The notes under the pieces are model-generated. The model saw only the letters and a list, made by a program, of their open reading frames with translations. It ran no database searches and was not told where the DNA came from. From NCBI GenBank assembly GCA_020137815.1, contig CM035354.1, forward strand, positions 4,650,001 through 4,714,000: a stretch of 64,000 bases of DNA, in the 5' to 3' direction. The position numbers and the translations under genes were made by a program. How positions within the stretch are numbered: the stretch's first letter is position 1; every line of letters begins with the position of its first letter. Shown piece after piece: positions 1 through 13,500 of the stretch. The stretch is from Hormiphora californensis. Lineage: Eukaryota; Animalia; Ctenophora.

Positions 1-816
1 GGCAGTTTGTATTTTTTTGGGGTTTTTTCCCTTTACTCGCATTTTTTTAATAACAAACCCCACCCAAGGGAGAGAGAAGAGGAGAGGGAGAGAAAGAGCG
101 GAGAGAAAAATGAGAATGATTTAGGAAAAAAAGGAAGGGGAGGGAAATAAGATAAGGCAAAATCGCATGGGGAAACCTATACTTCCGGTTTGCACTGCTG
201 CTTTACTCCCCCCAAACACCCACACAAAAATACCCCACATTTTTTAACATGGAAACAAATGGAAAACGGGTTTTCCCCCGGGCCACACAACTTGCCTTTT
301 TCGACCCCCCTTTCCCCCTTTTAAAAACAAAAAAACCAAATACACACCAAACGCGGAAAATTTGCAGTTTACACTTCCGTTTTAACTTTTGGTTTTAAAG
401 GTAAATGGTTTCTTTTCCCAGCGGGGGCATCTAGCTTTTTAAAAACCACCTCCAATCTTTGGCAAACAGTAAACAAACACAAAAACTCTGACCAATTTTA
501 TATTTTTTGTATGGGGGTGAAAAATGATCTCTCGGTTCCCCCCCCCCGAAGAACACGTTATAATCCCAATCTCCTTTTGAAGGTAAATAGACTGATGAGA
601 GAAACGTTTCTTTTTTTTTCTCCAAAACCCCCCCCTATCCCCCCTCAGCAAAGAGAAAAGGTACCCCAGGGTTTTTTTTTAGAAAAGTGAGTATGGATCA
701 CCCCTTTCCAAAAGACGCAAAAAAACACTTTTAGAAGAGGGATTTTATAACCCGTTGGAACTTCTCTCCCCAAAGATTTTCTTTTTCCCCCTGTTTCTCC
801 ACCTCCCTTTTCTTAC

Positions 817-1016
817 CGTAAAAGTTAGATAACTTCTCAACATCATCTAAAAACGGCTCCGTTTCTACTAACGACTGGCGGACCTTCAGGTTCGTTTCTC
901 TGGGAAGGAATACCGGAAAAGATTTAAGGGAGAGAAAAAAAGAGAGGGAAAGCAAGAAAGAGAGCGGGAGAAAGAGAGCTAAGCGGGAGTGAGAGATAGA
1001 GAGAAGAGAGTGAGAG

Positions 1017-1090
<74 letters not shown>

Positions 1091-4000
1091 AAGCGATAAT
1101 GGGACACTAGTTACCATGGTAACAACTAACAATATACGCACACAGAAAACATTTCTTAAGAAATAAAATAAAAAAGAACAATTAAATATAAATGTGAACA
1201 CAGAGAGAAAAAAGAGCTCACCCGTCTAATTCTGCAGTTTCGATGAAGCCCAGGCCGTTTGGAGCTGAAGTACTTATCAGTAACATATCCGCCTGAGAAT
1301 GAGGGTTAAAATAAGTGTGTGGGAACAGTGTATACGATCTCTTTTTTACTGTTATTTGTGCACCCCCTCCATCCCTCTCTTTCTATCTATTCTATGTGTT
1401 TTACACCATGCCAATATTATGAGATCTACCCACAAAATGAGTATTTTTCATCTCATTCCAGAGAATAATTTTGTAATCTCCCAGGCCTTCTACGTTACCC
1501 AAGTACCCGTTACCTACACGTACAGAATATGAACGACCTACGGCCCGAATTATCCCACGAAACATAATACAGATATTAGATATCATTGACCGCAATTCCC
1601 AGGGTCTAACGTGATCACCGCGATGTTCCCCATTTCTCTCTCCTGCTCTTTTGTCTCGCATACCCGCATCTCTCAGTCAGAGGGGGCACACTGCACCTAA
1701 TACAACAACCATCCCTAGTATAATTATACCCTAATACAACAACTGCTACAGTGAGAGGGAGGGGCGTGTGTCCTTTGTTATGCGGACAGCGAGTACAGAC
1801 TGAAACAGCATCCCCCATGTGCTTCATTTGCATTTTCAGCACATATCTCCAGCCCTCTACCACGACACCCTGTATACTGTATTGGTATCTAGCCCTCTCC
1901 CACGACACTCTGTATACAATTGGATCCCTTACCGGTACTGCATCGTTGTTTTTTAACTTCACAAGATCCCCACATTCCACCTTGTACCAGAGATCTTCAG
2001 TCCACTTACCATCCCGCAACACTAACGTCGTACGGTTGTTTATCGACTTGTCACTCTTCCACCGAGCCTAAGAGGAGGGAGTTGTAAATTATTATACTGG
2101 GTAATGGTTATGGGCTCTAAAATATCCTGGTTCTGATCAGTTGATGTCCTTCAAGTTGGGTGAAGTAGGTGAGAACAAGGAAAATATGGTGGCTAGACCG
2201 GTGGTGGGAGGTATTTTATTTCAGTTTTATCATTTCACGGAAGTAGTTCATTTAAGTACAAAATGGAATACACTATGTTGCCAAGGCCCACTCCCTCCCG
2301 ACCCCCATACACCTTATCTCCTCCCCTATCTTATTGCCCTCCCAGGTGTCCCTATAATGTTAGGTCACCATAAACTGGCGGTAACCCAAAAGTGTCCTAT
2401 ATTCGTCTTTATTGCCCAGAGACCTACAAATCTAAAAAGGATTCACTTACGATATCATCGAGGGCATCTTTGGTGGCCGTCACACACAGTACGAATAGAA
2501 GGGGCATTAGGGAGGTATACCATTCCAGAGCAGCGATTTGGGGAATTAACTAACGGGAAAAGAGGGGTTTAGGGATTCATTTAGTTGATTTTTTTTCTTT
2601 TTTCATTTAGTTGAGTTGCAAATTCAATTTATATTGGCCAATCATGCAGTTGACCAATCATGTAACTCACCTGAAGTATAAAGATGACAAGAAAGTACGT
2701 GTTTGCCAGTCGCATGAACTGCTCGGCCAGGTTTACTATTAGAAAGGTGTATACTGAGTACTTGGTCGTGCTGATGTAGTTACTCTGGGAGTGGGGATTG
2801 GAGGAGTTAGGTTGGTCTACCGAACCCTCACAGTGCGGGGTGAGTCACACAAGAGTTAGGTTGTGTTATGATGTGATTCACAGTTATATAGAGGGATTTG
2901 TAACTGTAGAAAATAGAAATACAGCTCTTCAGAAGCATGACGTTTCGAGACACTGCAAAAGACTTTGAAAAGAGAGAGAAAATAAAGAGAGATAAAATAA
3001 AGAGATAGAGTGTGATGGTGTTTAAGACAAAAGATCAGCTCACTGTTGTCATCTACAGCTCAACAAATCGTTTTGATAAAAGTTCGAAACTATGTAAATT
3101 TTCAAACCATTTATTGACCAAATTACTACAAAAGATCACCACCCCCCTCTGCCCCGTCTCTCTGACTCCTTCGCTAAATGAAGTCTCCCCCTTAGAACAA
3201 TTCAAACACCTTTCTTTATCACCCCTTTATAATACCCCCCTCTTTGAATTTTCTCCCCCTCTCATACTACAGTTGCTTTAAATACAGGTGCGAGATGACG
3301 TTATACATAGTCCGTAGAACACTCACAACAGGAGATGTTGCACTATGATATAAGTACGAATTCCTTCGTAGGGTGCACTTAGCGCCAGCAAGGGAGCTGA
3401 TACTTTGTTACCAAAAGAATTCCCCAATTCTCAGTATTATCAGTTTTCTACTTAATTTACTTTTCTATCTCTATTCAATATTCATACATCTACTCACCGA
3501 GAATTTTTGTTCCGTATTAAATGCCCGGTCATTGCTCCGAAGTATCCGAATTCCCTGGGCCTCATCGGACGATTTCAGCCCGAAGCACTCCTTTACCTTG
3601 TACACAATTTCCTCAAACGTGGAGCGTGCTGATAAAAGAGGGGTGGAGGGGTGTTATACAATGATCTGTAATTTATGTGTACTAGTTCTATATAAAGGAT
3701 GATCTATATAAAGGAGTTATCAACATGAGGGGCTGTGAACAGTGAGAGAGAGAGAGCTTCATGAGGGGAGGTTTTGTGTGTGTGCTAAGGACCCCGCTAG
3801 AATTGTGCTGAAGGTCAATAGTTCTACAGCTGTACACCAGTATGATGTCCTTGTGTGGCTCTTTGAGGGTTCAGTATATCAATGGTGTAGCCGCATTGTT
3901 TGTTCAATGTTGTTTATAAGGTGCAAGAAGAATGAGGTAGAAAAATGAAAATTAAGGAGAATAAGAAGGCTAAGCTGTGTTAATTTTGCTTGAGAGAAAA

Positions 4001-4841
4001 TGTGTGTGAAAAGAAGTGCATGTCTATATTTTCAGGTGTGTCATGTGTGTATAAGATTGAGTACTGAGTACACAGCACATGTATATCAGACATAGTGTCA
4101 CACACGGTGTTACAACGAGTGCAGTGGTAGATCTCGTATTACTTGGCAGAGCTCCCAGCTGATCACTGCATGTTACAAGAGAATGCACGATTCACACCAG
4201 TGTGGATATCAACCACGTACTATTCTACAGAACACGACTAACACACTCGTTATATATATGATCATGTCAAAAGTAAGCAGTAAGTACTATATCTCAGACA
4301 AAACTTTTGTCACAAAAGCTATATATAATCACAGGGGGCCGGTTTACAATATGCTGCTGTGAAGGACTTACAGTGAATGGCATCGTACTCTTTATCTCCT
4401 TCACTCATAACTGAGGTTAATATACGCTAAACCAGCCCCTTTATTTTGTCATAGCTGGTGTCTTTTGTGGGTGTTAGGTTTCAAAAAAAGGGTTTACACG
4501 GTTTGTGCCTATCATGGAAGGCAGTGAACAGGTTTAAGACAACTGATTTGAGACAAATGTGTACAAGTACTAACTGCACAGAGAATGTATCAAACGAACA
4601 TACAACGTTAACAACTGCACTAAAACAAACAAAAGGAGAGGCGACCCATCCCAAGAACAACACACAACCAGAAATACATACACCCACAACTAGACATACA
4701 TTGATGACGGTGGGCTGTAAATTAGCAGCCTGAGGGTAGGAAGTGGGACAAACATCTTTTTGACGTACCTTTGATGACCTCTGCGTGTGGAGCAGGGGAG
4801 TTGGCGGCGGGGTTGCCATCCTCAACGGTTTCAACGTTCAT
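817..4841 (-). CDS. ATP8B: P4-type phospholipid flippase ATPase (ATP8B-like), 5' part; multi-exon, continues toward and off the left edge in degraded sequence
   Basis: Spliced exons at about 4768-4841 (MNVETVEDG...), 3498-3629 ([17 protein letters not shown]), 2671-2785 (SNYISTTKY...[18 protein letters not shown]), 2450-2547 (LIPQI...TATKDALDD), 1932-2067 (KSDKSINNR...GDLVKL), 1222-1292 (ADMLLISTS...IETAELDG) and 817-900 ([10 protein letters not shown]). GT-AG boundaries and the DGETNLK motif are diagnostic. Confidence 0.88.
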
Positions 4842-5879
4842 CAGGCGGGTGACCTCATCAGCTGACGGACCCTCGTTACTCCCGTGATGCCTGGATAGGG
4901 GTCTTGGAGAGGGAGGGAGAGGGAGGAAGATGGGAGAGGGAGGGAGAGGGAGGAAGATGGGAGAGAGAGAGATCAGAGGGTGTGAGAGATAGAGATGTAG
5001 AGAGGAGGCAGATTGTGTTGCTGCAGCAGGAATAGCAAATACTCACGTCAATATGGATCTCAGTTAGTGCAATCCGACCGGGATGAAGGTATGGTCCCAC
5101 ACGCACACACACACACACGCACACAGACACAAACACAGATACGGGAGGGAGTACGGAGAGGGAGAGTTATGCGGGTAACTAACAATAGCTTGCCATGCAC
5201 TAGAGAGAAAGAAGGGTGATTGTGCTAATTGTAATTTCAAATCAATCAGAGAATTTCAAACAGCTAGAAAGGTTATCCCTTTGTTTGCTAACCCCGTGCT
5301 TCAATCAGAAATTATAGCGAACAGCAATATGTATATCGGAATACGGAAGAGAGAACAGAGGAAGAAAGGGAGGTAAAGTGACCAAGGAGAGAGGGAAGAA
5401 ATAAACAAAAATTGGTATTGTTATGAGATTGTAGGGATTGAGCTAGGGATTGAGCTAGGGATCATCCTCTATTCGACAATGAGAGACTTTAATTTGATGA
5501 ATATTGAATTCAAAACCGGCCACCGGGGGCAGAATCAAGAATGTTGTGAGCAGCAATTTAATTTATAAGTCAAAATAGTAGCGAATGCAAAGCTTGGCTT
5601 TAAGTTATATTCATTGATGCTTTCTGATATCTGATGCCTTGCTTACCAAAAGGTTGTCGTTTCTCGCCGGGCAAGCTTTAGCTTTACTAGGAAATTTTAT
5701 TGATTTTTGATTTTTCACTCTTTAAAAAACGGACCTAACAAACCGCTGACAAATTATGAAATGAGGTTATTCAGCTGGATAATTTGAACATAAAACAACT
5801 ACATAACAGTGGATACTGGACCTCCAAAAAGGAGGAAAACTAAAAAAGTGGAAACGGAAAAAAGCGGGAAAAGAAAAAC

Positions 5880-6070
5880 TTAAATTTTAAAATAAATTAA
5901 TTCATATTCGTCAAGGTCGCGCGGCTCAATTGTGGCGTCGTTAAACAAAATTATTTCGCGCTCGCGCACCAAGCGACTGCGCGGCTCGATATATTATTTT
6001 TTATTTTGGATTTTTTGCGTTCTAAAATTTTTCCACAAATTTGAAAATTTGAATTTTGAATTTTTCGGGT
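5880..6070. promoter_or_regulatory. Candidate bidirectional promoter between divergent ATP8B-like and SQSTM1
   Basis: Cluster of CGCG motifs (gtcgcgcggctc, tttcgcgctcgcgc, gcgcggctcg) and AATTTGAA/TTTGAA repeats in a CpG-poor background. The same signature occurs at 40790-40840 and 52360-52480. Confidence 0.4.
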
Positions 6071-6141
6071 CTTAAACACTGCTGATTAATATTCTCCGTA
6101 ATCCGTATGGCTATATTTTCAATCATACACCAAGATAAATT

Positions 6142-6391
6142 GGGCCAGCGTTAAAATCTGGGTGTTTTGGGAGTGCTGACAAACGGTTTTTTAGGGTTAG
6201 GGCTAAAGTAGGGTTAGGGTTAGGGTTGGGGTTTGGGTTTGGGTTAGGCCTTGACATTCCCTACCAGATAAACTTTGAATCAGCCAAAACGGTTGAGTGG
6301 TTTGGCGGTTAGAGCCATTTTAGTGAATCAACTTTTTTGGCAGCGCGCACCTGTAAACAGGCCCCCAAACACCCAGATCGTAACGGCGCCC
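6142..6391. mobile_element. MITE with imperfect TIRs, 8-bp TSD and an internal telomeric-like array
   Basis: GATAAATT is duplicated at 6134-6141 and 6392-6399. Ends are GGGCCAGCGTTAAAATCTGGGTGTTT and the inverted AAACACCCAGATCGTAACGGCGCCC. TTAGGG/TTTGGG repeats lie at about 6191-6247. Confidence 0.75.
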
Positions 6392-6435
6392 GATAAATTG
6401 CTTTCAACATATAAACCCTGATTTTTTATTCAGGA

Positions 6436-8160
6436 ATGAAAATAAAATGTTTTATCTCGTTGGGAGAGGATCAAGCTGCCCAGGAGGTCCGCCTCTTCAA
6501 GGTGGACATGACCTCCGAAAACGCGTATTTTGACCTGCATGCCATGCTGATGGCGTGCTATCAAGAACCCATGGAGTTAACAATGAGTTGGACTGACTGC
6601 GAGGAAGATCAAATCGTGGTCAGCAGCAACTCTGAGCTAAAGATGGCTTTTGAGGAGCAGAAAGAGCCGTCTACACTGAAACTGAATGTTGCAGTGAAGA
6701 AGACTCCAAGGTTTGGGGAGACTGTATGGGGAGGCTATGCGAACAAAAAGCCGGACAAGTGCAAGAAACCAGTTAAGAGGATGCCAAACTACCAGAATGT
6801 ACACCTAAAGCACCCCGGAGTTACTTGTGATGGATGTGAGGGGCCGGTTTGTGGACCTCGGTTCAGGTGCACTGAGTGCGAGGATTACGACCTGTGTAAA
6901 CCTTGCAAGAGGGCTGGGAAACATACTGAGCACATGACCCGGCACAAGTTCCAGAAAATACCATATCACCTCCGACATACCGTTCGTAAGTTTACAGTGA
7001 ACGTCTAGGATGTTTGTTACAGTGAAAATACAATCATATTTTCGTGTACGAGATTCGAAGTGTACCGGAAAGTGCTGAAGAGAATTAGAAGAGTATGAAA
7101 GTGTGATATCGTACCCAATAAAACTATAAGGAATCAATTTGATTTTGCTGCTCACACGTGTTTTAACTTTTCAGATTACATACACCCGTTGAACAGAGCA
7201 GAACACTTTCACGATTGTGACTCTGCCATTCCCTTAAGTTGGGACATGATGGCCCAGCTAGAGGTGTCTGAACGGGCCACGAGTGAGCCCCAGGTAGAGA
7301 ATGCTGATGATGACGACACCACTGTAAAGGCTGCTGAGCCGTCCAGCGAGCCCAAAGTTGCGTTTTGTGATACCACAACTACTGAGATCATGTCTGATAA
7401 ACAGCTGATATCTCTTGAAGAATCCTCCGTGCCCACTTTCTCCCTGCCCGCCGACCTCGAGACCCCGGTAATAACTTGTGTAGTATATCGACCCATATGT
7501 AGGGGTCGGAGACTTTTTGTTTTGATTTTCAACTAATTTGCAATAATATACAGGAATTAATTAAATACACACATTAATATTTCTGGTAAAAGTCATATAA
7601 TTTCATCCCTTATAGGTGCTCTCTCCTCCCTGTTCCGATGCTGAGTTTGTACTGCTGGATGAGGATCAATCCACTAGCCCCCTAGATGATGATGAGGGTG
7701 TCCTCCTGGTCTCTACCCCAACCCCTACCATTGAACCTTCTACCCTCCCCTCTGCAGCTGCTGCCCCCACTGCTGCTGTCCCCACTGCTGCTGTCCCCTC
7801 TGCTCCTGAATCTGCAGCAGCCCCTGCATTTCAAGAGATGAGACCAGTACCTGTACAAGATGTGTACCCCGTTAGCCTACCCGTTACCAACTGTGAGTAA
7901 TATTTATCCATATTTACCAATTTACTCTATCTAGTAAGTGTAACATCTCCCTAATGGGACTCCCTATCACTCTCTCATCCTGTCTCCTCTAGTAACACTC
8001 CGCCCCTCCCCCTATTATAGTGGTGCTGCCCTCTCACGTGTACTCTGCACTCCTCTGCATGATGGACATGGGCTTCACCAACGAGGGAGATGTCCTCGCC
8101 AAGATGTTGCTCAAGAAGAATGGGGACATCAATGCTGTCATGGATCTGAACCCTCGATAA
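6436..8160 (+). CDS. SQSTM1: Sequestosome-1/p62 autophagy receptor (PB1-ZZ-LIR-UBA), 4 exons
   Basis: Exons at about 6436-6985, 7175-7467, 7616-7892 and 8021-8160. PB1 with acidic WTDCEED motif, ZZ finger HPGVTCDGCEGP...CTECEDYDLC, candidate LIR DAEFVLL, UBA MDMGFTNEG...KNGDINA. Confidence 0.92.
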
Positions 8161-8599
8161 GATATGGAGAGATATAGTACAGGGTGTCCCAGAATTCTTC
8201 TTTCAGGGCCACCCCGTACGAAATAATTTGGACTCTAAAGAGAAAAAAACTGTTGTAGCTGACATGTAAAAATGTTAGTTAGCGACCCCGTATAATTTAT
8301 TGATTTAAAAATGTCTGCCAGAAAAAACTCGTTTTGTAAAATAAAAACAGTTGTTTTAATCGCTTTTATTTGTTTCAAGAGACCTGTACCTGTTCAGTGC
8401 ATGGCAGTTTTATCATACCTTTTTTATGTCAAGTACAATATATGTAGCTGTGTCAAAACTTTTCTAAAATCAAAATGACATTGTTTTCAATCGACTCCAC
8501 TCGATCGTATCTCGCTGCCAGATAGCTCCACTGCGGGAAACACCTGACACTTGATCGCCTCCAGTATATCCTAACTTGAACCCATTTTAGTGGTATGAA

Positions 8600-9409
8600 A
8601 TGGTGAAGCTCAGTCAGAAGAACAACCTCTTCGCCTCCTTCGCTATCATCTTCATAACAGCAGTCTTTCTATAGTAAGTAGTGATGTCATAATGAGCTAC
8701 ATTACACAGGTAGATATGACGTCACATAGTATGTAGTGTGACTTCACACGTGTATACTACACAGGTTCTGAGGTGTACACTTGTGTATTAGATCACCATT
8801 TGTATCTTGATGATCTAATGCCACATTTGTACAGACATCCTGGAATATTCCAAAACAAGATTTTAAACGCTATTTTATTACAGTGTGATAGAAACAGCGG
8901 ATTTGTTTAGTACGAGGCCGGTCCACAATGATATTGCTCTTGCTGCGTACAAGGCGTGTGAAGAGGTAAATACGATCTTATCTCTCTTATACCCCTCTTC
9001 TTCTGAATGTTGTCTTATTCCCAAACCCCCAGCCCCAAGCTGCCACCTCCCTATCTCCCAAACTATCACCTGCCTATCTCCTAAGTCCTAACCACTGCAC
9101 ATCATCCCCCAGTCCCTCCAGTTTGGTGGTATAGACTGTGACTGCCAGGTCCAGGAGAAGTGTGCCCTGTGTACTGACATGACAGCCCCGGAGTGCAAGA
9201 GAACAGGAAGGAGGGAGTACATGTCCTGCAAACACCCTGACCACCCTGGGTACTATCAACAGTGTGACAGCACGGAGAGTGAGGCGAGCCAGAACTTCTG
9301 GGCGTTCTACCTGTCCAGTGGTGTGGTGTTAGTTGGTAGTTGTTTAGTTGTTAATCGGAGGAAGAAGTTCTTAGACAATTGTAATGCAGCGAGACAACAA
9401 GAAATATAA
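8600..9409 (+). CDS. JTB: Jumping translocation breakpoint (JTB)-like small membrane protein, 3 exons
   Basis: Exons at about 8600-8673, 8884-8966 and 9112-9409. N-terminal hydrophobic segment, Cys-rich ectodomain (EKCALC...PECKRTGRREYMSC...YQQC), then FWAF transmembrane segment and RRKKFLD tail. Confidence 0.8.
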
Positions 9410-9984
9410 TGTGTTGTGAGTTTAAACTGCTAGTTGGGTGCTACCGTAGCCAAGTTTGCATGTATAAAATTGTGTGTTTACAGGCCGCTTTTTTTACCGG
9501 AAAACTTCTGACACCTTGACAGGGATGGGGAGGACTGTTCTGTTATAGGTCCTAAACAAGAGCCGGAGTTATATATATTGACAGGGATGTGTTTGTGTAT
9601 ATGTTGGAATTATTTGTTTCCTTATTAAAATGTTCTATTAATTTGCTGGTTACCATGGTAACGTGCAGGTCATTAGTCGGTTGCTATGGTAATAACTGGG
9701 TCATTAGCTGCTGAGTGAATGTGTTACTTCCTTGACCCTCACACACACACACACACGCGCCACCTTGTTCAGTATTATTTGGGTGCGTGCCTCTCTCTCC
9801 GTCTCTCATTATTGCTCCATTTCTCTCTCTATCTCTCAGTCTATCTATCTCTCTGTTTTCTTTCTCTCTCAGTTTTCTGTCACTCTTCCTGTAGCATGTG
9901 GTTGCGACGCCGTCCATCACTGTTTGCTTGGGCCTCGGGGAGCCATGTTGTTTTATGCATTTATGCAGCTATAGTCTTACGGCT

Positions 9985-10038
<54 letters not shown>

Positions 10039-10562
10039 CACTCTTCCTTTCATTGACACCCTCACATCATTCATCTGACAAGGTGTGTACAGGTACATAC
10101 ACTAGCAGCACTCTCCGTTTCTAATCTGACTATTAGTACTCTACGTTTCGAATCACACTCTCCTCAATTGCCTTTGTAGTTTGTTGTAGTTCTCATCTCC
10201 CCTTCCTCTCTCTCCATCATGCAATCCGATTACGCTTACGTGGCATATGATATCATTTTATCTCTCATTTGCCCCATCTCTCTCCCAGTATTCCTACTCT
10301 GACTCTCTTAATTCCTTTTGATTCAAGACTCATTTGACTATTCTCTTTCTCTTTCTCTTCATGTACAATATCATGAATATGCCTAGCAATTAGTACACAC
10401 TCTCACTTCGTCTTTGTTTCTGCAAACCCCCCTCCTTGTATTCAGGGTACACTGTCAAGCTTTATCTGCAATTCTGTATACTGTATAGTTTCACTGTCAG
10501 CTATTGTAGTTCCTGTATCTTTACTTACTTAGTCACACACTGTGTTCCTCAGAGGGCTGGGA

Positions 10563-13500
10563 ATGCTGTTACGTAGACTTGCCGAATCAGCCCGCCGGGT
10601 ATGTAACACACAGTACAGCTAATATAATCACCTTGTAGCTGTACACTCCGCGTCTCTGGAGAGAAGAATATATTCTCATGAGGCTCTAATTATGAGTCAT
10701 TCTCCTATCTAGGCAAAAGTCGTAGAGCTTCCCCGAGCTTCTGCATTTTTGATAATAAGTCATTCGGGGACTCAAAGTCAACTTTTATACTTTTACCTGA
10801 CCGGTCTTTAGTCAAAGAATAATTCAGACAGCATTATAACTGGTCTGTCTACCATACCGTTTCCAGTTTCTACACTTGTTTCACAGGTGCAGCGGTATCA
10901 CACCCTCCCCACCTCCACAACCTTCTCCTCTACCCCTGACATGGTCCGGAAGGCAATGAGAACAAGGGAGGACCTGGCCAAATGTGAACGGATCATTGTC
11001 AAGTTGGGAAGTGCAGTTGTAACGAGGGAGAAGGGAGATGGCCTGGCACTGGGACGACTTGCTAGTGTTATTGAACAGATATCTGAGCTGCATTATAAGG
11101 GTAAGTTACCGTGTGGTTACCATGTGGTTATCATGTGGTTACCATGGAGATACCATGTGGTTAGCATGTGGTTACCATGTGGTTACCATGTGGTTACCAT
11201 GGAAACTACATTACATATCATGATGGTAACCCCACTCTCTCCCAGGTAAACAGGTGATCTTGGTATCATCTGGAGCGGTTGCATTTGGTCGACAGCGGCT
11301 TATAAACCAGTTACTAATGGGTCAGAGTGTACGGCAGACACTCCGGGATATCAACAAACACAAGCTAGTTATCAACCCTAGGGCGTGTGCTGGGGCGGGC
11401 CAGAGTGGGCTGATGAGTCTGTACGAAGCAATGTTCGCCCAATATGGCATCCCCTGTGCTCAGGTACTAGCCAGTTTAACAATTTGAATGAGGCTGGTTT
11501 AGATTCAGTTGCATGACACTATGTCTGCACACAATTCAAGGTTTAGGATGATCTGAATCGGATATTATCTTATCTCTAACTCTGCTAATTCTGCTAATAA
11601 ACCTCACTCAGGTGCTAATTACAAAACCAGATTTCACCCAAGTTGACAGCAGAAGGATGCTCCAATCAACCCTAAACGATCTGCTAAATATGAACATTGT
11701 CCCGATTCTAAATGAGAATGATGTAGTCACCAATGATTCTGATTCAAAGTAAGTTGTACCTTAGTGTAAGTTGTGTACCAATTTGAACATCTTTTATATT
11801 ATCTGTTCAGTTGTTCCAGGAATCTGTTCTGCATTCCAGGAATCGTGTTTCCATGGTAACTAATGATAACATTTGTACAGGTACGGTCGGATAAACCTGA
11901 ATGACAATGACAGCTTTGCAGCGGCTCTAAGTGTTGAACTTGACGTAGAGCTACTGATTCTGCTTAGTAATGTGGATGGTATATTTACTGGACCCCCTGA
12001 AGATGCCAGTTCCAGGCTTATTGAAACTTTCAACCCCCAGAGCATGATGGAGGTGAGTGGAATACAACTGAATTAATCTAAATAGTTATTTCTTTATTCG
12101 ACCCTGTTTCCCGCAAAAATAATTATATTTGATGAATGATCTAAAGAATTGAGATAATATCTGGTATCACTAAAGTTACTAAATCTGTCCCCTCAGGTAA
12201 AGTTTGGGGGCAAGTCTAGTGTTGGAAGGGGTGGTATGGCCAGCAAGTGTGCGGCTGCAATGTGGGCAGTGGAGAACCAAGTATCAGTTGTTATAGCTAA
12301 CGGTATGAGTAGAGGGTCTACTATCACTGACATAGTGGCGGGGAAGAAAATAGGAACATTCTTCTCTCTGGAGACCTCAGATGGTCCTTCTCCTGAGACC
12401 CAGGCTCACATGGCACGGTTAGGTGGCCGGGCTCTGGCCGCACTACCTGCTGAAAAACGTGCAACCATCATCAACAACCTGTCTGAGTTGCTGGTTAAGG
12501 AACGGGACTCCATCCTGAATGCAAATACACTAGATTTAGAGGCAGCCAAGGGCAACCTATCGGATCACAACATAGCGAGGTTGAAGTTATCTGAGGACAA
12601 GTTGAGGACTCTGGCTAGTGGGTTGAAGTTGATTGCGGAGTCAGCCCACTCTACCACTGATCAGGTTATTAGGAGGATGCTGATAGCAGAGGATATGGTC
12701 TTGGAGCAGAAAACTGTGCCAATAGGTTAGTATTTAATTATACATGGCTTAGGCCTTAGGAATATATGCTATGGTTTGATATTTGACCTGGCATTGAAGG
12801 TATTGCTCATGCTTGACCCTCTCTAACCACACCCTGCGGCGACAAAATAGAAAGATAACGATTTTAAAACAGCTACCACTATCCACAGGAGTATTGTTGG
12901 TGATATTTGAGTCCCGTCCAGATGCACTACCCCAAGTTGCCGCTCTCTCCATTGCCAGCGGCAACGGACTCATGCTAAAGGGGGGCAAGGAAGCCTGGCA
13001 TACAAACAGGTATACATGGTGGGCACTGGGCATGATTAATTAGATCATTTCATTGTCATACTACATAACTGTATTTCAAAGCGAGCGGAGAGGACCGTGT
13101 TTTCTGAGATATTTCTAAACCAGTACATCACCACCATCTCTCTCGTACAGAGGGTGTTGTTTGGGTTAGTTCACCACCATATCTCTCACTAACAGGGTGT
13201 TGTTTGGGTTAGTTCAGCGTGCCCTTGAAGAATTCTGTCCACCCACTGCCATACAACTGATAACATCAAGAGAGGAGGTATCAGATCTGCTGTCCATGAA
13301 CCAGTTTATTGACCTAGTGATACCACGAGGCAGCTCTCAACTTGTCAAATCTATCCAGGTACTTTAGAGCTTTCTTTCATTCTAGGTTTGATCTTAGTGG
13401 TGTACTACAGCAGCACTCACACTAACAGTAATGTCTCATTCCTCCCCCTAATTAACAACAGTGATATTTTATTACCCCCTATCTCCAGGAGGCAGCGGGT

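Noticed and set aside
1-730. Short ORFs and odd homopolymer-rich sequence at the left edge
   Set aside because: Inflated homopolymers and an unreadable continuation of the P4-ATPase indicate low-quality consensus rather than biology.
6191-6247. Chromosome end or fusion scar
   Set aside because: Short degenerate tract enclosed within MITE TIRs and a TSD.
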